A stretch of 32,502 nucleotides of DNA from Terriglobia bacterium (GTDB taxonomy: Bacteria > Acidobacteriota > Terriglobia > Terriglobales > Acidobacteriaceae). Shown here in pieces: positions 16,915 to 25,327 of the stretch (positions are counted from its first letter, which is position 1; the number at the start of each line of letters is the position of its first letter). The notes under the pieces were generated by a model, which saw only the letters and a list, made by a program, of their open reading frames with translations, did no database searches and was not told where the DNA came from. Location of the stretch: NCBI GenBank assembly GCA_041483535.1, contig JBGPFV010000001.1:1-32502 (forward strand), written 5' to 3'. Position numbers and translations under genes: made by a program.

Positions 16915-18351
16915 CTAGTGCGGCAACCGCGTGATAACTGCCTGCTCCGATTCAAGCTTGCTGGTAGAGAGCCGGGCGTCCCCGCCCGGCTGGACGAGCG
17001 AGGCGCCCGTTGCTCCGCCGTCAGCCTGGACCTCTTGCTTGGGCTGGGTCCAGCCGGGCAATTCGTCGCTGCCGGTGATGAGACGCGCGCCCCGCTCGTA
17101 GGTGAGATACGACCATGCCCACTGGATCATCACCAGCAGCCGATTGCGGAATCCAATCAGAAAAAAGATGTGGACGAACAGCCACGCCAGCCAGGCGAAA
17201 TATCCGGACAACTCGAACTTGCCGAATTGGGCGACCGCGGCGGCGCGGCCGATGGTGGCCAGGCTGCCTTTGTCGTGATAGCGGAAATTGCGACGCGGTT
17301 GATGTTCCAGGTCGCGGGCGATGGTTTCAGCAATCCAATCGCCTTGCTGGATGGCGACGGGCGCGACACCGGGGAGCATCTTGCCGTTTTCGTCGCTCAG
17401 TGAGGCGAGGTCGCCAATAACGAATACCTCGCGATGTCCGGGAACGCTGAGGTCGGGTTGGACAAGGACGCGCCCGGCGCGGTCGCTGGAAACACCCAAC
17501 TTTCGGCCCAGGGGCGAAGCGGCAACACCCGCTGCCCACAAAACCACTGGGGCCGGAATCTTTTCATCGCCGACCCAAACCGCGCCGGGCTCAATGCGAG
17601 TTACGATGCTGGAGGTGCGAACCTCGACTCCCAGGTGTCGAAGCTGGTCTTCGGCTTTGCGGGAAAGTTCTTCGGAATAGGGTCCGAGAACACGTGGGCC
17701 GCCTTCGAGCAGCAGAATGCGGGTCTGCTTTGGGTCGATCTTGCGAAACTCGTGGTTCAACGCGTGGCGCGCGATTTCAGCCAGCGTGCCGGCGAGTTCG
17801 ACGCCGGTGGGGCCGCCTCCGATGACCACAAACTGCAAGGGAGATCGGTTTTGGGCGTCGTTGCCGGCAGTCTGGCGCTCGGCCAGTTCGAAGGCCAGCA
17901 GAACGCGGCGGCGGATTTCCAGGGCGTCTTCTATGGTCTTCAAACCGGGCGCCAGCGGCTCCCACTCAGGGTGACCGAAGTAGGCATGAGTCGCCCCGGA
18001 AGCGATCACCAGAAAGTCGTAGTCGAGCACTTGCTCCTTCGTAATAAGTTTCTTTTGCTCCAGATTGAAATCGACTACTTCTTCAAGCAACACTTCAACA
18101 TTGCGGTGGCCTCGTAGTATCCAGCGAATGGGGGCCGCGATTTCGCCGGGAGAGAGGCCGGCGGTGGCGACCTGGTAGAGCAGTGGTTGGAAAGTATGGT
18201 GGTTTTTCCGGTCAATGACGGTGAGTTGAACGGGGAGCCGTGCGATGCCGCGGGCGGCGGTCAGGCCCGCGAAGCCGGCGCCTACGATCACCACCCTCGG
18301 TCTCGGCTTGCGGGTGGTTAATGATGGGTCGAGTGGCAGCTTGGTTGGCAT
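16915..18351 (-). CDS. ndh: Type II NADH dehydrogenase (NDH-2), FAD-dependent pyridine nucleotide-disulfide oxidoreductase
   Basis: 478 aa. Two dinucleotide folds (VVIVGAGFAGLTAA and VVIGGGPTGVELAG), HTFQPLLYQVATAGL, and a C-terminal membrane-anchoring segment (FAWLAWLFVHIFFLIGF). Confidence 0.9.
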   Translation of the reverse strand: MPTKLPLDPSLTTRKPRPRVVIVGAGFAGLTAARGIARLPVQLTVIDRKNHHTFQPLLYQVATAGLSPGEIAAPIRWILRGHRNVEVLLEEVVDFNLEQKKLITKEQVLDYDFLVIASGATHAYFGHPEWEPLAPGLKTIEDALEIRRRVLLAFELAERQTAGNDAQNRSPLQFVVIGGGPTGVELAGTLAEIARHALNHEFRKIDPKQTRILLLEGGPRVLGPYSEELSRKAEDQLRHLGVEVRTSSIVTRIEPGAVWVGDEKIPAPVVLWAAGVAASPLGRKLGVSSDRAGRVLVQPDLSVPGHREVFVIGDLASLSDENGKMLPGVAPVAIQQGDWIAETIARDLEHQPRRNFRYHDKGSLATIGRAAAVAQFGKFELSGYFAWLAWLFVHIFFLIGFRNRLLVMIQWAWSYLTYERGARLITGSDELPGWTQPKQEVQADGGATGASLVQPGGDARLSTSKLESEQAVITRLPH

Positions 18352-18728
18352 CTACTATAGAGATTCATCAAATGGCGGTTCCGACGAAAACTTTTCCCGC
18401 AGAACCGACCGCGGTTCCCCGAGGCTGTAAGGTCCGGAGCATTGCGGTTCCGGCCGCCTACCGCCGACTCTTCGTCTGGTCCTAGATCGTCGTCGCATTT
18501 CTGTTTCTGGAGTTTGCACTCTGGGAGCCGCGGCTGGAGAGGAGGAACCGCTGGGTGGGAGTGGCGGCGATCACGATTCTGGTGCTGGCGCTGATGGACC
18601 GCGCATCGCTGGAGCGGCTCGGCCTGCGATTGCCGAAGACGTTCGGCAGGAGGGTGGTGCTGGGGATTAGTTTTGCAACGGCCGCGGTTCTGGTAGTCAG
18701 GGTGCTGGGATCGGGTATCTGCGATATT

Positions 18729-18836
18729 GATCGGGTCATCGGGTGATCGGGCCATCTAAAGTCAACAGCATCGCTCCGATCTAGCGATGCGGGCGTTTTC
18801 AGATCACCCGATGACCCAATGACCCGATCACCCGAT
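18729..18836. repeat. Heptad-type GATCGGG/TCATCGGG inverted repeat element enclosing a small hairpin
   Basis: 16-bp perfect inverted repeat GGGTCATCGGGTGATC (18733-18748) / GATCACCCGATGACCC (18802-18817). An inner 8-bp stem GCATCGCT-N7-AGCGATGC lies at 18768-18790. The right arm continues as tandem GACCCGAT/CACCCGAT units to 18836. Confidence 0.8.
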
Positions 18837-18873
18837 TTCTTCGAAACCTTGTACACTCCTTCTTCACCCTCCG

Positions 18874-20478
18874 ATGCCCCCGGCGCAGCCCAGTTCGCGA
18901 GCTTTGCATTTTCTGCTGCCTTCGGTCCGCGACGTCATTTTCATTCTTTTGTTTTGGGCGGTGCTGGCGGGGCCTTTATCGAATCGGCCGCTGGCGGACT
19001 CGGATATTGGATGGCATATCCGAACCGGCGAACGGATTCTGGCGATGCGCACGATTCCTCGTACCGACCCGTTTTCTTCCACCATGCAGGGCCAGCCATG
19101 GTTTGCCTGGGAATGGTTGTACGACCTGGCGCTCGGAATCCTGCACCGGACTTGCGGATTGAATGGAGTGGTTTGGTTGTGCGCCTTGTTCGTCGCTGCG
19201 ATTTTCGCATTCCTGTTTTCGCGGCTGCTGCGGCGCGGAACTGGGTTGCTGCTGGCGGTCGTGCTCATGTTGCTGGCGGAGGCCGCTTCGACCATTCATC
19301 TCTACGCGCGGCCGCATATTGTGAGCTGGCTTTTTTCTCTGCTTTGGTTTGTTGCATTGGAAAAATGGGATCGATGGGAAGGTTGGGAGCACGGGCAGCC
19401 GCCGCGCTGGATACGCTGGTTCTTTCCCGTCTCGATGTTGCTCTGGGTGAATCTGCATGGCGGATGGCCCTTCGGAATCGCTCTGCTCGGAATCTACACC
19501 TTCGCCGCATTCGTCGAGAGCTGGCGCACGCACGATGTGTTTGCCGCAATTCGCGCCGCACATCGGGCCCGCGCCATGGCCGAGGTTTGGGCGGCCTCGG
19601 CGGTGGCGACGCTGGTGAATCCGTTTGGCTGGCGGTTGCACGCGCACATCTATCGCTATCTGGGCGATCGTTACCTGATGAACCGGATCGACGAGTTTCG
19701 CTCGCCGGATTTTCACGGATGGGCCGAGCGCTGTTTTGCGGGAATCCTGGTGCTGGTGCTGATCGCTTTCGCCGGCAGTTACAGAAAGCTGCGGCTCAGC
19801 CACCTGCTGGTCGTGCTGGTGGCGGCGTACGCGGGATTCTATTCGTCTCGCAATCTGCCCGTTTCGTCGATGCTGCTGGTGCTGGTGGCGGGGCCCATCC
19901 TGTGGGAGAACTTCGTTGCGCTGGCGGATAAGCCGGGTGCCTGGCCCTGGATGCGCAATGGCGCCGCCAGAATTTCACAGTTTTCCGATCGCATGGGCGC
20001 GCAGGAGATGCAACTTCTCGGGCACCTATGGCCGGTCGTCGCTGTGTTCCTTGCATTCGCGATCTGTCTGCAAGGAGGATGGCTCGGCTCGCGGCAGTTG
20101 ATTGATGCGCAATTTGATTCCAAGAAAATTCCGGTCGCGGCGGTGACTTTCCTGCAGCAAGAATCCCAAGGGAAGCAGCCAAGCACGGACCCGGTTTTCT
20201 CGACCGATGCCTGGAGCGGCTATCTCATTTACCGCATGTATCCCGAGCGGAAGGTCGTGGTCGATGACCGTCACGATCTCTACGGTTCGGGCCGGATTCG
20301 CCAGTACCTGATCCTGACCCAGGCCGAGCCGGGATGGCAGAACGTGCTGAAAGAGTGGCAGATTCGGACGGCGCTCTTGCCCGCTGGATCGACGCTCGCC
20401 AACCTGCTCCGCGAACTTCCGCAAGATTGGCGGGTGGGGTACGAAGACAACGTTGCGGTGGTGTTTGAGAGGCGTTAG
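18874..20478 (+). CDS. Large polytopic membrane protein of unknown function (possibly GT-C-like glycosyltransferase)
   Basis: 534 aa. About 10 or more hydrophobic helices in the first ~400 aa, then a soluble C-terminal domain. The N-terminal motif DSDIGWHIRTGERIL...DPFSST...WFAWEWLYD recurs in uncharacterized bacterial membrane proteins. The functional call is weak. Confidence 0.6.
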   Translation: MPPAQPSSRALHFLLPSVRDVIFILLFWAVLAGPLSNRPLADSDIGWHIRTGERILAMRTIPRTDPFSSTMQGQPWFAWEWLYDLALGILHRTCGLNGVVWLCALFVAAIFAFLFSRLLRRGTGLLLAVVLMLLAEAASTIHLYARPHIVSWLFSLLWFVALEKWDRWEGWEHGQPPRWIRWFFPVSMLLWVNLHGGWPFGIALLGIYTFAAFVESWRTHDVFAAIRAAHRARAMAEVWAASAVATLVNPFGWRLHAHIYRYLGDRYLMNRIDEFRSPDFHGWAERCFAGILVLVLIAFAGSYRKLRLSHLLVVLVAAYAGFYSSRNLPVSSMLLVLVAGPILWENFVALADKPGAWPWMRNGAARISQFSDRMGAQEMQLLGHLWPVVAVFLAFAICLQGGWLGSRQLIDAQFDSKKIPVAAVTFLQQESQGKQPSTDPVFSTDAWSGYLIYRMYPERKVVVDDRHDLYGSGRIRQYLILTQAEPGWQNVLKEWQIRTALLPAGSTLANLLRELPQDWRVGYEDNVAVVFERR

Positions 20479-20527
20479 ATATCGGGCGTTCCGGCTCGTG
20501 GTGCAAACGGAATTGGCGAGTAGCCTC

Positions 20528-20836
20528 TTACTCGTTCGCTCCCGCATTCTTGGGCGGGTCGGCGCGCCAAACGTACAGGTATTTCTCGTCACTCGACGTT
20601 ACCACGGGGATGTTTTTCTCGCGCGTTACGCGGTTCAGAGCAGAGCGAAGATTCTGCATCTTCTCCCCGTTCAGGCTGCTCAGCGGAACCTTGACCGCTT
20701 GCTGGACTTTCAGCTTTGAGATGTCGGCCAGAATGTCCGCCACCGCCTTGCGATGTTTTCCTTTACGGCCCTTCGGAACATCCGCCCGATTCACCGACTC
20801 ATAGTGCATGCCGTTTCCGTTTCCATTTCGTCCCAT
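20528..20836 (-). CDS. Hypothetical small basic protein
   Basis: 102-aa ORF (possible start at the internal MHYES...). Its composition is coding-like and differs from the Arg/Pro-rich shadow ORFs. I recognise no family. It sits at the edge of a lower-GC patch. Confidence 0.4.
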   Translation of the reverse strand: MGRNGNGNGMHYESVNRADVPKGRKGKHRKAVADILADISKLKVQQAVKVPLSSLNGEKMQNLRSALNRVTREKNIPVVTSSDEKYLYVWRADPPKNAGANE

Positions 20837-21148
20837 TTGGCGGCGCTCCTTCCCTCTCCTCTGAAATTCGTATCCGTACGCGAGAAATCGTACCCTAAAG
20901 AATCGTTTGCTGCAACTAAAAATCTATACGATCCCAAGTTACAGCCACGATCCGCTGGGTATGCGTACATTAAGACTCTTGTTATCAGCTACTTACACTT
21001 CCCGCGTTACCTTAAGACCTGCTAAGAGTTCACCCGTATGATTCGGGCGGCGCTAGGATGGTTGGCGGTTCGGGTGACTGAGACGCTCAGGAAGTAATCG
21101 AGGTTGCAGCAATCGTTCCGGAAGCTCTCTTGAGGGTGGCACCCGACC

Positions 21149-21376
21149 ATGATTTCCGTTGCCATGACCAAGAAGAGGCGCGATTTCGATCCCCGTACAT
21201 TCCTCGCAACCATCGTTGAGGGCAGCAAATTTGTGCTTTTGCCGAAGAATCAAGCCATCTTTTTTTGTGCGGGGGAAACCGCTCACGTTGTGGCGAACCA
21301 GAAAGTTTTGTCCCCTGACAGCAAGAGGTTGCCGGGCATGCGGTCAGACAACGTTGGGGCGCGGCGACAGAGGTAG
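21149..21376 (+). pseudogene. Truncated, degenerate N-terminal fragment of a Crp/Fnr-family regulator (cNMP-binding domain)
   Basis: MTKKRRDFDPRTFLATIVEGSKFVLLPKNQAIFF... matches the usual N-terminus of Crp/Fnr regulators (xKKRxFDPxxFLAxxGxGxxxxxxxKxQxIFxQGDxAD). Similarity is lost after a T7 homopolymer near 21261-21267, and the ORF stops at 75 aa versus about 230 aa expected. Confidence 0.55.
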
Positions 21377-21378
21377 CC

Positions 21379-21591
21379 ATGAGCCGAGAACTGGTGTGGA
21401 TTGAACAACAACGTTTTCGGGGATTTGGTTGTTCCGAATGTGGCTGGCGGTTCAAACCCTCTGGTCCGCCCACGGGCGCATCTTTCGATGACATGATGCG
21501 CGTCTTCGAGTTGCAGCGCGACAAGGAGTTTACATCCCATGTTTGCGCTGATCACTCCAAGAGCCAACCGTACGAGGAACAAAAACGCTGA
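21379..21591 (+). CDS. Small hypothetical Cys/His protein (CxxC ... HxC)
   Basis: 70-aa ORF, MSRELVWIEQQRFRGFGCSECGWRFKP...QRDKEFTSHVCADH. The CxxC plus H-x-C arrangement suggests a small metal-binding fold. No family is assigned. Confidence 0.45.
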   Translation: MSRELVWIEQQRFRGFGCSECGWRFKPSGPPTGASFDDMMRVFELQRDKEFTSHVCADHSKSQPYEEQKR

Positions 21592-21752
21592 CCAGGCTGC
21601 CGCCGTGCTCTCCGCAAAGCAGGCAAGCAGCGGCCCCGTTAAAAGCAGACAGGCCTCAAGTTCAGGACAAGTTACCCTCTCCGATGCGGCAAGGCTTGCC
21701 TTTGAATTGTTGGCGGAACATCGCCTCCGGACCGCGCCCCTCAAGGGATATA

Positions 21753-22493
21753 ATGTGGCGATTTCGCAGGCTGGATTTCAGCCGCATCGGAGGCCCATTG
21801 CGCCTGTCGCTCGACACTCGCGAGGTTGGACGCGTCACCATCGTGCGCTGCAACGGACGGATCGTTGCTGGTGGCGAGAGCGAATCTCTGCGCGCGCACG
21901 TTGCCTGGTTGTTGCGCGACCGCCGCTCCATCGTTCTGCATCTGGGCGACGTCGGATACATTGACAGCAGCGGCCTGGGCACGATGGTTCGCGCCCTCAC
22001 CAGCACGCGGCAGGCGCACGGAGACCTGAAGCTCTGCAACGTGCCGGAATTCGTGCGCAAAGTTCTGGAGATGTCGCGCCTGACGGCAGTGTTCGATTCC
22101 CACGAATCTGAGGAGAAGGCGGTGGCCGCTTTTTACCGTCCCGAAACTCGCGCCGAGGCACCGGTACCCACCGGCCGCAGCGTTCTGTGCCTCGACTCCA
22201 ATACCGACGTGCTTGCCTACTTACGCGAACTGCTGCGCCACGCCGGATACGACGTCCAGTCGAGCAGCCGCGTTAGCGACGCTCTGCTGCTGATGCGGGT
22301 TGCGCATTTCGATCTTTTGCTGGCGGGCCCCGGCATGACCGCCTCCCCGGCTTTGCCGCCGGCCTTCCAGGCTGCGTGCGCCAGACTCCCGGTGATTGAA
22401 CTGGGCAGCGAATTTTCCACCAGCCATGCCGGTGAAGCCGGCGCTGGATTGCTGGAAACGATCGAGGCCCGGCTCAACCCGAAGACCGCATGA
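21753..22493 (+). CDS. STAS-domain (anti-sigma-factor antagonist-like) protein fused to a degenerate receiver-like domain
   Basis: The STAS part is VTIVRCNGRIVAGGESESLRAHVAWLL...LHLGDVGYIDSSGLGTMV...LKLCNVPEFVRKVLEMSRLTAVF. The C-terminal ~120 aa (VLCLDSNTDVLAYLRELLRHAGYDVQSSSRVSDALLLMRVAHFDLLLAGPG) follows the REC beta1-alpha1-beta2-alpha2-beta3 pattern but lacks the DD pocket and the phospho-acceptor Asp. I chose ATG 21753; the ORF-track start is 21684. Confidence 0.65.
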   Translation: MWRFRRLDFSRIGGPLRLSLDTREVGRVTIVRCNGRIVAGGESESLRAHVAWLLRDRRSIVLHLGDVGYIDSSGLGTMVRALTSTRQAHGDLKLCNVPEFVRKVLEMSRLTAVFDSHESEEKAVAAFYRPETRAEAPVPTGRSVLCLDSNTDVLAYLRELLRHAGYDVQSSSRVSDALLLMRVAHFDLLLAGPGMTASPALPPAFQAACARLPVIELGSEFSTSHAGEAGAGLLETIEARLNPKTA

Positions 22494-22641
22494 CGCGGGA
22501 GCAGCGCCCCATACTAGCCTCCGATACGATGAGTCCGAGAATGGTGGCCGCCTCCTGGCCTGGGGCCGCGTCATCTTCGCCCGCTTGGAACATGATATGT
22601 AACTGCCCATATGCGTCCACTATGATGTACACTCTGCGGCT

Positions 22642-23451
22642 GTGGAAAACACAACGCCGAAGCTTCTGTGGGACGAGTGGCTCGGCCGCAAAGCTACTGG
22701 GCAGTTACAGCGCCGAATGTTGCCTCATCTCCGATGGAACCAGGAGATTTGGGGTGAAACAATCAGGCAGTATCTGACGGGTGGAGTACGCTGGTTGGAC
22801 GCCGGTTGCGGCTGGCACTTGCTGGGTAAGGATCTGGACCCGCTCGAAAACGAACTGGTCAGCCGGGCCGGGATCGTGGTTGGCGTCGATCTTGACTTCG
22901 GTCACTTACGCAAACACGTTAGTATTTCGCGGCGCATCTGCGCATCATTGGACTCGCTCCCCTTTCCCGACGCCAGCTTCGACCTGGTTACCAGCAACAT
23001 GGTGGCCGAGCATCTGCCCGACCCATTCCCAACGTTTCGGGAGATGTCCCGCGTCCTGGCCCCTGGAGGCACCCTGATGGTGCACACTCCGAACGCCCGC
23101 AACTACCTGGTTTTCGCGCACATCCTCGCGAAGAAGCTTCTGCCGCGATCGATGGTTCAGAGACTGGCGCGCGACGGGCGTGCCGCAGACGACGTTTATC
23201 CGACCTATTACCGTGCCAACAATGCGCACGCACTCCGCAAGCTCGGCGAGTCTGTGAACCTCCAACCCGAGTCCGTGCGCTTTCTGACCAACCCGAACCC
23301 ATACAGTCGTTTCTTTGCGCCCGCAGCGTTCTTCGAACTTCTTCTCATGGGCGCTACCATGACGCGCCCCCTGGACCGCTTCGCTGCCACCATGGTGACG
23401 GTTTTCCAGAAACAGGCCGATAAATCCACCCCATGTATTCGCGCCGCGTAA
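22642..23451 (+). CDS. Class I SAM-dependent methyltransferase (Methyltransf_11-like)
   Basis: Motif I VRWLDAGCGWH, the post-I acidic residue VVGVDLD, and LPFPDASFDLVTSNMVAEHLPDP...LAPGGTLMV. The substrate is unknown. Confidence 0.8.
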   Translation: MENTTPKLLWDEWLGRKATGQLQRRMLPHLRWNQEIWGETIRQYLTGGVRWLDAGCGWHLLGKDLDPLENELVSRAGIVVGVDLDFGHLRKHVSISRRICASLDSLPFPDASFDLVTSNMVAEHLPDPFPTFREMSRVLAPGGTLMVHTPNARNYLVFAHILAKKLLPRSMVQRLARDGRAADDVYPTYYRANNAHALRKLGESVNLQPESVRFLTNPNPYSRFFAPAAFFELLLMGATMTRPLDRFAATMVTVFQKQADKSTPCIRAA

Positions 23452-23692
23452 GTACCGGCTGAAAATCTCAGGACCTTGAAGAGTGCCGGCCTCCCCACTC
23501 CGAATTCCCTGTCACTCTCTGCAACCTGAGCGCGTCCGCATCATCTGATGTAGTTGAGTTTGGCGCCAGGCGCCTGGGAAGTGCTACCTTTGGGAGCCCG
23601 CGCCTATCCCCACGCGGACTTCGGCGAGAGTGAGAATGTATGCGGATCGCAAGAATACGTGGGTGTGTCGAGAGATTTCGGGAGAGCTGCCG

Positions 23693-25327
23693 ATGAAGGC
23701 GCAGTGTTTGCCGTTCCAGCAGATTCCGCACAGCACACCTCTCTTCCTCGACTATCTTTCCTACACTCCTTCGGTTCGCGATTTTTATCCCCGTTCACCG
23801 ATTGTTTCCGAGTGGGTCAAAGACGAATCGCAGCGGGTTGTTTACGACGCAGCGCGCCGCAGCAGGGTGAGCGCCATTCTTGAGCGGCAGAATCGCGCGT
23901 GGGGCGCTTCTCCAAAGACGCTGGCCAATATTGAACGGCTCAAGCGAGGAGCCCTGGCGGCGGTTACGGGACAGCAGGTTGGTCTTTTCGGCGGGCCGCT
24001 GTTTTCGATTTTCAAAGCATTGACGGCGGTCAAACTGGCGGAGCAGGCGACGGCGACGGGAGTGGAATGCGTCCCGATCTTCTGGCTGGCGACCGAAGAT
24101 CACGATTTGGCAGAGGTCAACCATGTGGCGCTGCTCTCCGAGCAGGGCCTTCCGGAACCATTCGCGGCGGAAAGCCGGGCATTTGAAAGCAACGCCGTGG
24201 ACGATGCGCCCGTGGGAACCGTCAAGTTCGGGCCGGAGATTGAGCCGGTGGTCGAGCGCGCCGCTGCACTGTTGGGAGATTCCGAGGTCACGACGTGGCT
24301 TCGCCAGGCGTATCGTCCGGGAGAAACGCTGGGTAGTGCGTTTGCCCTGCTGTTTGCACGCCTGTTTGCGGATTGGGGAGTCATCCTGCTGGATCCGGCG
24401 GACAAAGGTTTTCACGATCTCGCAAAACCACTGTTCCGCGCGGCGATCGAACGGGCTTCCGAACTTGATGAAGCACTGCTGGCGCGCGGCAAAGCGCTGG
24501 AGGCGGCGGGATATCACCAGCAGGTGAAAGTGACCTCGGCGACCACGCTGCTTTTTGAAGTGAAGAATGGTGCGCGCACCGTGGTGCGGCGCAGGAATAA
24601 TGGCGGCAATGGCAGTGAGTACGCCGTCGGTGAGGAGCGGATCTCTCAGGGAGAGCTGCTCGATCGGATTGAACAGGCTCCGGAGAAGTTCAACCCGAAT
24701 GTGTTGCTTCGTCCCGTGGTACAGGATTACCTGCTGCCGACGCTCGTTTATACCGGCGGAGCGGCCGAAGTCGCGTACTTCGCGCAGGTGGCCGTAGTCT
24801 ACGAGAAACTGCTGGGACGAGTGACACCGATTCTGCCGCGGTTTTCGGCAACGTTGGTCGAAGCCAAGCCACAGCGCATTCTGACCCGCTACGAACTGGG
24901 ACTACCCGATTTATTCCAAGGCCCGGAAAAAGTTCGCGAAGCAATTGCGGCTCGTTCGCTGCCACCGGATTTGCAGGAGCGCTTTGCGGAAGCCTACTCG
25001 AGTGTGGAGCGATCGATGACGGCGGTTCGTGAGTCGGTGGGCAAGCTGGATTCAACGCTGATCGATACCGCTGAAGGCACCCAGGCCAGCATGCGGCATC
25101 AAATCGACCGTCTGCAGGCGCGGGTATCACGGGCGGAGGGGCTACGGAATGATGTCATCACGCGGCACGCGGATGCCTTGAGCCACGCGCTATTTCCGCA
25201 CAAGGCCCTCCAGGAACGCGAGGTTGCAGGAGTCAGCTTTGTGGCGCGCTATGGGCCGGAACTGCTCGCGAAGCTCTATCAGACGATCCATCCCGATTGC
25301 CCCGATCACCAGCTAATTGCGCTGTAG
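23693..25327 (+). CDS. bshC: Bacillithiol biosynthesis cysteine-adding enzyme BshC
   Basis: About 544 aa from ATG 23693, preceded by GGGAGAG. TPLFLDYL..., VTGQQVGLFGGPLFSIFKALTAVKLAEQ, NVLLRPVVQDYLLPTLVYTGGAAEVAYFAQ, and a C-terminal coiled coil are characteristic of BshC. Confidence 0.85.
   Translation: MKAQCLPFQQIPHSTPLFLDYLSYTPSVRDFYPRSPIVSEWVKDESQRVVYDAARRSRVSAILERQNRAWGASPKTLANIERLKRGALAAVTGQQVGLFGGPLFSIFKALTAVKLAEQATATGVECVPIFWLATEDHDLAEVNHVALLSEQGLPEPFAAESRAFESNAVDDAPVGTVKFGPEIEPVVERAAALLGDSEVTTWLRQAYRPGETLGSAFALLFARLFADWGVILLDPADKGFHDLAKPLFRAAIERASELDEALLARGKALEAAGYHQQVKVTSATTLLFEVKNGARTVVRRRNNGGNGSEYAVGEERISQGELLDRIEQAPEKFNPNVLLRPVVQDYLLPTLVYTGGAAEVAYFAQVAVVYEKLLGRVTPILPRFSATLVEAKPQRILTRYELGLPDLFQGPEKVREAIAARSLPPDLQERFAEAYSSVERSMTAVRESVGKLDSTLIDTAEGTQASMRHQIDRLQARVSRAEGLRNDVITRHADALSHALFPHKALQEREVAGVSFVARYGPELLAKLYQTIHPDCPDHQLIAL

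Noticed and set aside
18555-18746. 63-aa ORF with a hydrophobic N-terminus (GVAAITILVLALMD...LGISFATAAVLVV)
   Set aside because: It is too short and its C-terminus is encoded by the heptad repeat element. It could be a remnant of a membrane protein, but I cannot support a gene call. It is mentioned in the 18729-18836 finding.
18819-19931. 370-aa plus-strand ORF and 275-aa minus-strand ORF (18976-19803) overlapping the membrane-protein gene
   Set aside because: Both are out-of-frame or antisense shadows with Arg/Ala/Gly-rich composition. The 18874-20478 frame has coherent TM-helix periodicity.
21748-21753. Perfect TATAAT hexamer
   Set aside because: It overlaps the chosen ATG (21753) of the STAS gene, so it cannot serve as that start's -10 box. 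No suitably spaced -35 box is present either: TTGAAT at about 21703 is about 40 nt away.
23566-23577. 12-bp perfect palindrome CCAGGCGCCTGG upstream of bshC
   Set aside because: It is short, GC-rich and single-copy. This is easily a chance occurrence in about 60% GC DNA, and I see no supporting half-site repeats.
23795-24517. 240-aa minus-strand ORF antisense to bshC
   Set aside because: It has shadow-ORF composition, and the opposite strand encodes a full-length BshC.
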